NCBI GenBank assembly: GCA_964187785.1
Contig: OZ076409.1
Location: 44,208,001-44,272,000 of the forward strand
Source of the DNA: Amphiscolops sp. MND2022
Lineage: Eukaryota
Direction of reading: 5' to 3'
DNA: 64,000 nt
Under the pieces are notes generated by a model, which ran no database searches, was not told the DNA's origin, and saw only the letters and a program-made list of their open reading frames with translations. Shown in pieces: positions 39,917-51,204 of the stretch. Positions within the stretch are counted from its first letter, which is position 1; the number at the start of each line of letters is the position of its first letter. The position numbers were made by a program, and so were the translations under genes.

Positions 39917-42900
39917 TCGCTTCCGATTACTGCCCTATTATATGGTTTTAAAATTTCCGACCCCCTGGTATTGGACGCCAAGAACGATTGGACTCTGGAA
40001 GGAGACGTTTACCCAGAGTTTTTCCAACTTTTTTAGATTATATGACGTTACATTTTGGTATTTTTCCTGTATTTCGGGGGATTTTTCCGAGTACCTTTGG
40101 TATGTTTTGATAACAGGTATTTGTTGACAGGTATCGTCTAAAATTGCACGTTCCCATCAGCGGGTACCTTTGTAATGGCTTAGCGAATCGCTAGAAAGCC
40201 GTTACGCATGTTGTAACAGGTGTTTTACAGCTCATTTCAGCGTTTTTGGCTATGTACGAGAGGTGAAGTTGATGGTTGAACCATATTCCATCCGACTGAT
40301 AGATGAGCTGAAACGAGTGTTCCCGACTCTCCTTTCCCATTTCTCGTGGAGGCGTGCTAGAGTGATGGTTTTTGGTGGAAAAGTAGAACAAGTGCTGACG
40401 TTGCCGACGGTCCAAACTGTTTCTCTCTAGCTGGTCTGGGTGTTGAGAAAAAAGACGACGAAAGTACCACCCCTCATTCCAGAAGTATCAGTTTTTCGGA
40501 GTATGGTATGAAAAAATTTTTAGATTGTGTATTTTTTGACGGGGAATCCTTTGTGCATGCTAGTTTTACCCTGTTGCAACTAAGTGTGTGCTTTTGCACC
40601 TGTTTTCATTGAAAAAAGTGCGATTTTTAGTGCAAAAGTCGCAAAAACGTGATTTTTGGCATTTTTGAGTACTTTTCTTGGTACGAGCGCGAGCGCTCGA
40701 AGTATTAGCCACAGCAGTTGCAAAAATGAATAGAAAGCAGCCCAAAACCTTGAGGGTTATGCTACATAATGTAACGACAACCAGAAAGGCCGTTGGAGAC
40801 CTTTTTGAGACACATTTTGCATGAAAAAACCCGGTTTTTGGCGAAATTGGCAAAAAACCACTATGAAATGCCACTGGGAGAGTGCTGGATTGTGATGTAA
40901 TTGCCTCTTCCGTGCTGCTATTAGTTTGGGGCACACTAAACAGTACCGAAAATAGGATTTAAGAGAGTTTGTAACGTTTTCTTGGTGAGAACAGGTCGAA
41001 AAACCTTGATTTTTGGCCAGTTTCAGGAGTGCCAGAGTGCACCATTAAAACCTCTGGGGCACTCAGTGTTTTCGAGACCTGGGAGCCCGCGCGCTCTCAT
41101 TTTCTGTTTTTATAGTAAAAATAACGCATTGTGGTGAAAACCGCGTGCAAAAATTCTTTTTCAGTGCTGAGGGAAAAAGTGGAAAAACGCACTGGATTTG
41201 ATCAATTTTCCACAAAACCGGACTGTCTCTGAGCTAGGGTCGGGTCATCGATTCCTGAACCCTAGCCAAAAAGTGGTTGCATTTTCGTAACCACCACAAA
41301 AGTTAACGTTAGTGCCGAAAATTTGGTGAGCGTATCGGTCACCAAAGTCGAGAAAAGCTTTCTGACGTTTCGACTTCAGAGAAGCGTAAAAGGACCAAAA
41401 AAATCCAAAACTGCAGGACTGTCAGTGCCTTATACCCAACGGGCACAACCAATCGAGGGTTTATCCCAGTGCTACAGATAGTGGGGCAACACGTTGGTCC
41501 CATTTTGCCTGCTGTATCACTTTCTGAGGTGATCCTCTTGGTCAATTTGTGAAAAAAGTCGTCAAAAACAGTGTTTTTTCGTGTACAACGTACACAGTAG
41601 GTCGAAACCTCAAATAAGCGCTCGCGCTTCAAATCGACCATCTCAGTGGCATTGTAGGTGCCCACTGGCATAGACTACTAAGTTTGGTGCCGATCTGTGT
41701 GATACTTGTTGAGAAAATAGGAAAAACGTGGCTTCCAAAAAGGTGCTCAAACAGGCAGTTTTTTCTTAATTTTTCCGAGTAACCCGGGCACCTTAGCCGA
41801 TATTGCAGCCCACCATCGTAACCTGTGCTAGCTCCGACGTTGCTGCAGAGAATTTGAGCTTGCTAGCTCGTTCCAGTGGACCGCAATCTTGAAAAAGACG
41901 TGAAAAACAGTGTATTTTGGTACATTGTGGTACCGCAAGTCTATACCTAGGTGAAACTGTGTAGAAGGGGCGCAGCTCAATTCTGTGTTCATTTTCGTAA
42001 ACCTACTTGTACCTAAGATCTGCTGGTCAATTTTGGGCTGGATACGGCGCTTCCAGTGCACACACGAGCCTCTGGAGAGTTGTTGTGCGATTTTTGGAAA
42101 ATCCAAAAATTCTTTGAAATTCTTCCTGTGGGTGACTGGAGACTTCTTGCCCCAAACCAGGTTGATTTTCTGGCCCAGTGTGCTTGTGGGAAAGCGCTGT
42201 GCAAATTTGAACAGCCTACGAGCCTTAGAACGTCTTTTGAAAAATCTTGGACGTTGAAAAACATCAATTTTCTCAAGTCCTCACCGAGACGAGCAGAGGG
42301 CCAAATCCTTGAGAAGACCCCCTGCAAGCCTACCACCGTCTATTTCACTACTCTAACAGCGTGATTGGTGCCTACTGACAGCGTTTGCCAAGTTTGGTGT
42401 CAATTAGTACTGTATCTGTTGAGAAATTGAGTAAAACAAACTGCACAAGAAGGTGCGCAAGAAGGCGAATTCTACGAAGTCTGGTGGGATTGCCTGAACA
42501 CCTTATTCAAAGAGTGGGGCCAAATTGCTGCCCACTATCGTAATCAGTGCAAATTTATCGTATTGTTGCCGAAAAAACGAGCTTGGGAACTCTTTGCTGT
42601 TTGCCGGAATCTGAGTTGACACGTGAAGAACACTGCATATTGGAACACGGTGATACCGAACGTCTGTACTGTGTTGAAACTTCACCTAGTCATCTCAGCA
42701 CAAATCAGCTATTATTTTCCTTGTACCTCAACTTACGTGGGACTGTGTGGTTGATTTTGAAGCCGATCCTGCGTTTCTAGCGTTAGCGCTAGCCTCTGGA
42801 GTTTTTTCAAGTAAAGCTGAAAAACCCAAAAAACATCTGAAAAACATCTGACCTGTGACTGGATCCTAATACCCCAATTCTGGACTCAATTTTTGGGTCA

Positions 42901-44394
42901 GTGCATCAATCCGGAAATGCTGTATACCTTCCAGCACGCTACAACCCTGGGAACTTATTTCGACGCTTCTCGGACGTGCATATTCATTGTGTCTGTTAGA
43001 GGTCTCACCGAGACGAAAACAGGGAAAGTGAGAAAAAGTCATTTCTACGTGTTGGAAACCTGCGGAAACCCCTAGTTTGAACTCCCAGCAGTTAGTTCAT
43101 TGCTGTGCGTGTGATATTTGATCAGTATCGAGTGGGCTGCCTTGCTGGATCATAGCATTTTGTTACTTGAAGTTGTGATATCCTGTGTATGGTAACGAAT
43201 TGGATCATTTTTTCGGAGTTGTCGGCGCACCTTATTGGGAAGTTGGGATTACATTGCCCTGGACTATTCTTATTAGTGTCATTTGGTGCACCGTTGCTGA
43301 AAAAGTGAGCTCGAGAGCTCAACACTGTGGACGAGAGTCTTTGATTGCATGTGAAAAATAGTGTCAATCGAAACACGGTGATACGGAACGTCCGTACCAG
43401 ATCTAAATCTCACCCGGTGGTCTGAATTCTCATTGGTTGCTACTGTAGTGTAGCTGGCTATACGTGTGATCGCGTGACCAATTTTGAGCCCGATACCACG
43501 TTTCCAGCACTTGTAAAAGCCATCTGAGTGATTTTCGAAAAAAGTTGAAAAATCCTAAAATAGTTGAAAAAGGCTCTAGCTTAGAGCTGGAGGTAATTAT
43601 CAGCTACGGAAGGTTATTTTTCTGACTTATGTGGCTGACAAATTGTGCTGTGTCATTTTGTACCCAGTACGATTGATAAAACCGAATTTGACTCTGTTCA
43701 GACACACGTCTTGAACAAAATTCAAAAAAACGCCAGAAAAACTATCAGTGTAAACTTTCAAGACTTCCGCTGTACAGGAGGCAAACCCAAAAAGCCTTCT
43801 TTTTCCAACGGAAGGGACCCAATAGACCTTCCTGGGTGCAAACGAGGCAAATCCCACGGTTCAAAAAAATTGCCGGCAGGGGTCATAAATTTTGGACTCC
43901 TCTGGAACTTTGAAATTTGATCCTGAACAGTTCAAGGCAGCAGTTTCAAGTGCCTGCGAGGCGCTCTGGACTACACTTTTCCAAACGAAAATCTCTAGGA
44001 GTTACCTTGAGCAGGGTTTTCGATATCCAAAAGAGACCCTGAGTGTTCCGACTTAGCCAAAATCACGAAATTGTGAGAGGAGCAACTTCCTAGTGACAAT
44101 AATTTGACCGGATTGCCCGAGCGTATCACCTTTTTGAACGCTCTGGTGCCTCATTTTGGTGTTATTCCGCTGTATCGAGTAGCATCAACGCCGAATATTA
44201 CGCCAAATTTGCAGAGAACTCTTTTGGGCAATTGCAAAATACCCAAATCTCTTGAGGTTGAGAGGTCGACAAACCGCTCGACTGTCTGTTCGGTGCGCAC
44301 TATCCAACTTGGCTGCAGTAATTTGCTCTAGAGCAAAATTTTCTAGTCCACTGAGCAGCCTGCAAAGTGTTGAGCAGTTTTCAGCACGCTGTGA

Positions 44395-46119
44395 TTGCTA
44401 GAAATTCTCTTGACTTTGACCCTGACACTGAACTTGGGTACACAGGTTGGTCTGGCGATGCAGTTCGGAACCTCTAAAGCTAAAATTAAACATGGGAAAT
44501 TCTCCCGCCGCCTCCGTTCCTTTTTTAAAGGGGAAAGGAGTGTCAGTGCAGCACAACCAATGGATGTTCATGATGTTCAACCTCAAAATGAATCCCAAAT
44601 GGTAGATGAACATGACCGATCGACGAAGTCAGAGGATTTGAACTTGAAAGATTGGCCTTTGGAGGATAGTTTCAAACCTGTCTCCAATTTTCTAGACACA
44701 ATGCCATCTAACTCTCAGGATACCGAGCCGGAGAGGAGCATGAGGACTCCCAGTCCTAGTTCAGTATGGTCGTCAAAAGGATCTCTCCATGAAACCAGTA
44801 TTCAGATTTATCAGAAACAGGACCAAAAATTAGAGGCCCTGGAGCAGCAGATGGATGAGATGTCAATCTTTTTGGCACAAGGCACACTTCGCAGGGAGAA
44901 ACTGCTAGCACAAATGCAGTCGATAAATGCAGAAGTACAGGCACACCTCACAAATGCCGATATCAATGTTTCAAACGACGTCAAATCAGAACCATTGACA
45001 CCGCCATTAAAAGACATGGAGGTGGACCCAATATCTTTGGACACTACAACCATGGGTATTGCTGACACTTTGCCTGAATATCACGCCGATGATAATGGGT
45101 TGCGCGAGCGCAACCTCTACTCAAGTGATACGAAGAATGAACGAATATCTCTCTCATCCTCCATTTCCTTATCGCAGGATTCTTTAAGCAACTCTCACTT
45201 CTCTGGAACAAAGTCCCTAATATCAACTACGAAGTTGCTACCGAGTTTGCTGAAAGACTCCTTTGAGCCACATTCTGCTACATCTAACGCTGGAATGAAA
45301 CCTTCGGAAAAATTCCAACGCCACTGCTTCCTTTTGAAGGGGGGAGAGGGCACCAGCGCAGCACAACCAATCGATGAACCGGCCTCGATATCTTCGAACA
45401 ACGCAACCATGGGCATGGCTCACACGTTGCCAGAGGATCACGTTGTTCGAGGCAGGTTGCTCGAGAGCAATCATGGTACTGATGACCCAAAAGATGAATT
45501 GATATCTCCAGAAAAATTGAAATTCACGGAGGCGATATTCAAAGCCATGGCTAAAGAGTTGGCTCCCTTGATTGCCAATCGTGATCAAACCGCTGTTCGA
45601 CCAACCTTATACAGAGGTTCGAAAGACGGGACTGTTGAAGAGTGGTTGCTCGTGATGAAACGGTATTTGGAGCGAGTTTATTCCAATGCTTCTCCTGTCG
45701 ACAAGGCCTGGGCGATAATCGATCACTTAGGTGATGATGCTCGGAGTTTTATAATCAACAAACCGGAGTCCGAACGGGATTCTCAGGAGAAGGTGACTAC
45801 CTTGCTCTCCAGCAGATTTGGGACTGGGAGTAGCCGCTGGCCAGTGAGGCAGGCTTTCAGGTTGCGAAATCAACTTGAAAGAGAGGATCTGATGCAATAT
45901 CTAGATGCATTGGAGGTTCTGAGGAGTCAGGGTTTCCCTGATGAGCCTATCACTACCCGACGCTATGAAATCTTGCATCGGTTCATGGACGGGGTCAGCG
46001 ATCCCGTGTTGCAACGAGAACTGACGGTGGTGTTTGCGACAGAGGCGTATTTAGCCGACCCACCTACCGTGGAGTCACTTCGATTCACAGTACAGGAACT
46101 CCAAAGGAGTCGTCACTAA
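44395..46119 (+). CDS. Gypsy Gag-like ORF (likely start ATG 44458)
   Basis: Capsid-like YRGSKDGTVEEWL...AFRLRNQ...RFMDG; same frame as pol, separated by one TAA. Confidence 0.85.
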   Translation: MLEILLTLTLTLNLGTQVGLAMQFGTSKAKIKHGKFSRRLRSFFKGERSVSAAQPMDVHDVQPQNESQMVDEHDRSTKSEDLNLKDWPLEDSFKPVSNFLDTMPSNSQDTEPERSMRTPSPSSVWSSKGSLHETSIQIYQKQDQKLEALEQQMDEMSIFLAQGTLRREKLLAQMQSINAEVQAHLTNADINVSNDVKSEPLTPPLKDMEVDPISLDTTTMGIADTLPEYHADDNGLRERNLYSSDTKNERISLSSSISLSQDSLSNSHFSGTKSLISTTKLLPSLLKDSFEPHSATSNAGMKPSEKFQRHCFLLKGGEGTSAAQPIDEPASISSNNATMGMAHTLPEDHVVRGRLLESNHGTDDPKDELISPEKLKFTEAIFKAMAKELAPLIANRDQTAVRPTLYRGSKDGTVEEWLLVMKRYLERVYSNASPVDKAWAIIDHLGDDARSFIINKPESERDSQEKVTTLLSSRFGTGSSRWPVRQAFRLRNQLEREDLMQYLDALEVLRSQGFPDEPITTRRYEILHRFMDGVSDPVLQRELTVVFATEAYLADPPTVESLRFTVQELQRSRH

Positions 46120-46182
46120 CAACAGCCTCGTGACCCAGGGTGCACCGAGACTGTACCTTACCAGTGCCTACAGAGCGACCAA

Positions 46183-49100
46183 ATGCCGGGGTCACCAATG
46201 GCTCCGCAGTATGAATCGCTGCCACCCCTTGCACGCCGGTCGGCGCGATTGCCGATGCCGGCTGCGTCAGTACACACAACCCCTGAATACAGACAGACAG
46301 CAACCTTAGAGCAATCCGCGCGCTGCTTGCAGAGTGCTTGCGCGAGACGCAAGCTGGTGGTGCATCGCCCGGAGCATATTCTTGACCCACATGGTGAGTT
46401 CCAGCAAGGTGCTGCAGCAGCGGTTCCAGCGCCTGCTGTCCCAGTGAAATCGTGCACAACTGAGGTGTCTGCAGGTTGTCCAACATTATCAATCCAGTCA
46501 GAAACTTCCAGCCCTAGGGCTGAAGAAAAGAAGAAAACGGATGCAACGCAAACCCTGTCTACTGCCTCTGGCAGGGTATTAATGCTACGTCCAGCTGACC
46601 AAGCCACCGTAAATGCTCCATTGACTGTCACCTGTGGCACAAAGCAGGTGCAGACAGGTTTGGAGTCCACAACGTTTGACCCTAGTGGCCGGATTTTTTT
46701 GTCTGTACACCTAGTGCTGGCCTCGGAGCAACAAATACGCCCAGATTTGACTTTGGAAAAATTGAAGCTGGAGTTAGCTAGCAACCCGGCTGTTAAGAGG
46801 ATCTCTTTGCCACTGCCAAAGGAATGGTACACTGAAGGCGAAGCTAGCACATGCACGGCATACTCGCCAGTTCCTCTGCATGCCAACGTAGATGGCGTGG
46901 ACATGAAATTTGATGCTAGCGTGGTAGTAGATGTGTTCCCTCAAGGAGTGTGTCTAGGGCCACATGAATTACGCTGCTATAGCATCAGCAAGCAAGAGCC
47001 CACAGGTGAGGCCCGCATAGATGAGCGTGCGTCGCTCGTAGTATCTTTTGCAGTGCCAGATGCCAACCCTATTCCACTGAGAGGAATGGTCGACACGGGG
47101 TCAGGCGTAACAATCATGAGTTTCTCAGCCTTCAACCGTGTAGCCTTGCGGACAGGTGTAGCGCTACAACCTTATCGAATCGACTTGTATGCTGCTAATG
47201 GGAAGACGATGAAAACATTTGGAATAGCGGAGCGTGTGCGCTTCCAACTTGGTGGATATGAACTCGAAACAAATTTTGTGGTCGTTGATGACGCACATGG
47301 CTTGGGAGATTTCTTGCTGGGTCGGAATTTCCTGAGAGCATATAACGTGCTCGTAGATCTGACCGCCATGAAAATAGTGGTGCGAGCCCCGGCTAAGCAC
47401 GTGTGGCATCACGCACACGCCCAGACGAGTGACGAAGCTTTATCCAGTAAAGTAGTTTTGGATCAAGACGTAGTGCTCCAGCCATTTGAACGTGCTGTTT
47501 TACGAGCTAAGTTGGTCACTTCGAACTTGGAAGCTTTTGCTTTCAGTAATCTTGTGATTAACTTTGCAACACCGAACCGATTGCTGAAGAACACTATATT
47601 CGTGGAAGACACTATAGCCACTGTTGGAGAGACAGGTTCGTTCTATGTCTCTGATGGCAATCTGACAAGCAATGCCCAGAAAGTGAAGTGCGGAACCATG
47701 CTTGGTACTGCTGCGCCAGTACGCCTAGTCTACCATGCAGTCCCCCAATGTGCGCTAGCGCACAAAGGCGAGAGTGACAAAAAACCGGACTCCCCAAATG
47801 AGTTCGTCAACAGGGTCTATTCTGAAATGGACCTGAACTCGCATTCAAAATGTTCGTCGTCGTCGGAGTTCGAGTTTCTCTCCTCTACAGACCCATCGGA
47901 GGAGGGGTTGTCAGAGCGCGAGATCAGAAAGCGCACTGACCCTGATCTCTTGGCCCCTATTCCTGGACCCGAATCTCAGTTAGAGGAGGTACAGAAGTTG
48001 TGGGGACAGACTGCCCGCGACTCGCTGAACAACATCCTAACGGAATTTGATGACCTATTCATGAAGCACAAAGCAGACATTGGTCGCTGCACAATAGCCA
48101 AGCATCCTGTTGAGTTGGAGCCTGGGGCTGTACCGCATCGTGAAGGTGCTCGTAGAATGTCTCCTGACAAGGCGGAGCGTGCCAATCAGGAGGTACGCAA
48201 TCTCTTGACTTTGGGCATGATCCAACCTTCGCTGTCACCTTGGGCGAGTGGAATTGTGATGGTAAAAAAGAAAAATGGGGAGTTGCGGTTCTGCTGCGAC
48301 TTTCGCCCCCTCAACGCTGTCACAATAAAGGACGCGTATCCCCTCCCACGCATCGATGAAAGCCTTTCACGCTTGGGTAAGGCCAAGATTTACACTAGCA
48401 TTGATTTGTCCTGGGCTTTCTGGCAGATACCAGTGCGCAAAGCAGATAGGCAGAAAACGGCCTTTGCTTGCGAGCTGGGTTTGTTTGAATGGAGACGTAT
48501 GCCCTTTGGGATGTGTAACGCTTCAGCTACTTTCCAGCGAGCCATAGCGCGAGCGCTACGGAAAATTGTGAACCGGGAAGGAAGCACGGTGATGGCGTAC
48601 ATTGACGACATCGTCATTGCTACCGAGACAGTCGAGGACCACATGGTACGCTTACGCGAGGTATTTGAATGTCTGCGCGAAGCTGGCTTCAAAATGAGAG
48701 TCGCTAAGTGCGACTTTATGAAGTCGGAAATCAAGTACCTGGGACGTGTGGTCTCTGCCGAAGGTATCAAACCTGATACTAAAGCAGTGGCAAAACTACG
48801 CGATTGGGAAGTACCGAGGAACAAAACAGAGATGCAAAGCTTTTTGGGCTTCGCCAACTATTATCGAGAGTTCATTCCTTGGCATGCCAAGCTTGTGGCC
48901 CCCTTGCATGCTATTACTGGCCTGGGCGTAACTTTCGCCTGGGGGGATGAGCAGCAACAGGCTTTCAACGCCGTCAAATTGGCTTTGATTGAGGCAACTG
49001 CCTTGGCGCAACCGGACTCGGAGGGCGAATTTGTGCTGGACACTGATGCCAGTGCTGTTGCAATTTCCGGCATTTTGCATCAGTGGCAGGGTCCTCCGGG

Positions 49101-49464
49101 CGAAAGGCGCCTGAGACCAATTGTGTATGGTAGCAAGAAGTTGAATGCCACTCAAGCGAAGTATGGCGCTCCCAAGCTTGAAATGTACGCAGCTTATTAT
49201 TTCATCTTGAAGAATCACAGTTATCTCTGCTCAAGAAAGTTCATCCTTCGGGTTGACAATCAAGCTCTCTCTTGGCTCAAAACGTATTCCATTGATCAGG
49301 CCTTAATTGGACGATGGATTATGGCACTCGAGAAGTACCATTTCAAAGTGGAGCATCGTCCTAGGACACAGCATAGGAATGCTGATGGTCTCAGTAAACG
49401 AACCAATGATTATCGGTGGCGAGAGAAGCAGCTCGAGAAGCTGCCAGCTGTAACGGACAAATAG
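46183..49464 (+). CDS. Gypsy Pol: protease, RT, RNase H
   Basis: VDTGSG (47092), SPWAS, CDFR, MPFG, YIDD (48598), DTDAS, NADGLS. Confidence 0.95.
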   Translation: MPGSPMAPQYESLPPLARRSARLPMPAASVHTTPEYRQTATLEQSARCLQSACARRKLVVHRPEHILDPHGEFQQGAAAAVPAPAVPVKSCTTEVSAGCPTLSIQSETSSPRAEEKKKTDATQTLSTASGRVLMLRPADQATVNAPLTVTCGTKQVQTGLESTTFDPSGRIFLSVHLVLASEQQIRPDLTLEKLKLELASNPAVKRISLPLPKEWYTEGEASTCTAYSPVPLHANVDGVDMKFDASVVVDVFPQGVCLGPHELRCYSISKQEPTGEARIDERASLVVSFAVPDANPIPLRGMVDTGSGVTIMSFSAFNRVALRTGVALQPYRIDLYAANGKTMKTFGIAERVRFQLGGYELETNFVVVDDAHGLGDFLLGRNFLRAYNVLVDLTAMKIVVRAPAKHVWHHAHAQTSDEALSSKVVLDQDVVLQPFERAVLRAKLVTSNLEAFAFSNLVINFATPNRLLKNTIFVEDTIATVGETGSFYVSDGNLTSNAQKVKCGTMLGTAAPVRLVYHAVPQCALAHKGESDKKPDSPNEFVNRVYSEMDLNSHSKCSSSSEFEFLSSTDPSEEGLSEREIRKRTDPDLLAPIPGPESQLEEVQKLWGQTARDSLNNILTEFDDLFMKHKADIGRCTIAKHPVELEPGAVPHREGARRMSPDKAERANQEVRNLLTLGMIQPSLSPWASGIVMVKKKNGELRFCCDFRPLNAVTIKDAYPLPRIDESLSRLGKAKIYTSIDLSWAFWQIPVRKADRQKTAFACELGLFEWRRMPFGMCNASATFQRAIARALRKIVNREGSTVMAYIDDIVIATETVEDHMVRLREVFECLREAGFKMRVAKCDFMKSEIKYLGRVVSAEGIKPDTKAVAKLRDWEVPRNKTEMQSFLGFANYYREFIPWHAKLVAPLHAITGLGVTFAWGDEQQQAFNAVKLALIEATALAQPDSEGEFVLDTDASAVAISGILHQWQGPPGERRLRPIVYGSKKLNATQAKYGAPKLEMYAAYYFILKNHSYLCSRKFILRVDNQALSWLKTYSIDQALIGRWIMALEKYHFKVEHRPRTQHRNADGLSKRTNDYRWREKQLEKLPAVTDK

Positions 49465-49518
49465 AATTTCCTCTCACAGGAGGAGTTTGACCAGCTGCCC
49501 GTTGCACCTTGATTCGAT

Positions 49519-51204
49519 TTGCATGGTCGGGTGATACCCAATCACCCCCAATTGCCCGCTCACTTGCGGAACACTAAACCAGACCCCACAAATGCAGTTT
49601 GTCGTGTTGCACGACGGCGTAAGCGCCGTCAGGCCGCTGAGGAAAGGGAGAGGGCGCTACGCGCTCCTCTACCTGAGGCACCAGTGCCAACATTGCAAAC
49701 TCACGAAGACTTCTATCCAGATTATCCTGAGGACTGGATTGACGTCACTGAAGAGGCTAGGCAAGATTACTTGCTGCCTACACATGTGGCAAATATCCCC
49801 TCACGCATGACATATGCCCTTGACGAAACAGTGGAGCAAGCCATGGCTTCCGCTCCAATGGTGGTTAGGCAAGCTGCCCTAGCCATCAAAGACTTAGACA
49901 CGGAACTTCATGAACATGCCAACACGGTGCATGGCATCAAGGATCTGCTTTTGGCACAGAATCGTGATGTGCATGTGCTAGCCATAAAGAAGTTGGTAGC
50001 ACAAGAGTCTATTGATCATGACATTTTTCCTGAAGACGTGGCTGCGTTCGCACGTAACTATTACAAGCAGAAAAAAGATCTCCTGTTTGTGAACCAAAAT
50101 GGAATTCTTTGTGTTGAGTATCCACCTCAGCAACGTCCACTGCACGAACGTCCGTGCATGATTGTAATGCCACAATTGTACCAGCATGAAATTTTGTTTC
50201 GTGCTCATGATGCCATGGGCCACCAAGGCATTGCAAAGGTGGTTTCGCGAATCCAAGAACGCCACACCTGGCCAGGTATTCGCCGCAGTGTTGGTCAGTA
50301 CGTGAGTCAGTGCCTCACGTGCCAGCAAGTACGTGACAGGCCGGGTGACGTTCGATTTCACTTGAAAAATATCCAAAGTGGGTATTTCAATGAGTTAGTC
50401 CAGTATGACCATCTAAAAATATGCCCCTCCGATAACAATAACACCGGCATATTGGTGATAATTGACCATTTCTCCAAGTTTGCGGAGGCTGTACCCTGCA
50501 GCCATGAGGATTACGATGCAGTGACCACGTCTAGGTTGCTTTTGCAGAAATGGTTTGCCAGACACGGGACGCCTACGCGGATGCAATCAGACAATGCCCC
50601 CAACTTGACTGCAGAGGTATCCAATGAGTTCATGAGGGCATCTCAGGTCACAAAAGTTACCTCTACGGCGGGTCATCCGCGCACCCAAGGCCTGGTTGAA
50701 CGACAAAATCGGACTTTGCTGACTTTGTTGCGGGTATTTTGCTCGCGTCGCATGAGAGATTGGGACCAGCATTTGGATGAAGTCATGGGAGCGTATAACT
50801 CAACGCGCCATGCCACGACTGGGTTTTCACCCTACATGCTGACCCGAGGGACCGAAAAGGCTATTCCTCTCACCTATCTGTATCCGGAGTTCGCAGCCAG
50901 ATCATTTGAATCGCATGGAGCTTATGTGGAGCATGTTCTTGCTCGCCAGCAAGAGATTCATGACTTGGTGCGTAGAAACACGCATCAGGCGCAACAACGT
51001 CAGAAGCTAAAGTACGATCGAGCTATTCGTGCAAACGCATACAATGTGGGAGACCCCGTTTGGGTATTCTGCCGCTATGTGCCTCAAAAGGGATCACCGA
51101 AGTTGATGAGAGCTTGGCATGGTCCGCACAAGGTTGTCCATGTACTACAAGATGGCCGCGTGTATATCCTGGACTCAGGAAAAAAGTGCACTTTGAGCGG
51201 CTGA
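49519..51204 (+). CDS. Gypsy integrase
   Basis: H-x4-H...CLTC zinc motif; YDH, SDNA and VER catalytic D,D,E; WHGPH (GPY/F-like). Same frame as pol after stops at 49462 and 49510. Confidence 0.95.
   Translation: MHGRVIPNHPQLPAHLRNTKPDPTNAVCRVARRRKRRQAAEERERALRAPLPEAPVPTLQTHEDFYPDYPEDWIDVTEEARQDYLLPTHVANIPSRMTYALDETVEQAMASAPMVVRQAALAIKDLDTELHEHANTVHGIKDLLLAQNRDVHVLAIKKLVAQESIDHDIFPEDVAAFARNYYKQKKDLLFVNQNGILCVEYPPQQRPLHERPCMIVMPQLYQHEILFRAHDAMGHQGIAKVVSRIQERHTWPGIRRSVGQYVSQCLTCQQVRDRPGDVRFHLKNIQSGYFNELVQYDHLKICPSDNNNTGILVIIDHFSKFAEAVPCSHEDYDAVTTSRLLLQKWFARHGTPTRMQSDNAPNLTAEVSNEFMRASQVTKVTSTAGHPRTQGLVERQNRTLLTLLRVFCSRRMRDWDQHLDEVMGAYNSTRHATTGFSPYMLTRGTEKAIPLTYLYPEFAARSFESHGAYVEHVLARQQEIHDLVRRNTHQAQQRQKLKYDRAIRANAYNVGDPVWVFCRYVPQKGSPKLMRAWHGPHKVVHVLQDGRVYILDSGKKCTLSG

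Noticed and set aside
46158..46904. 248 aa antisense ORF in pol
   Set aside because: Shadow frame of a GC-richer coding region; no recognisable motifs.
49462..49512. Two apparent TGG-to-stop changes as APOBEC-like editing
   Set aside because: Two events are too few without a family consensus for comparison.
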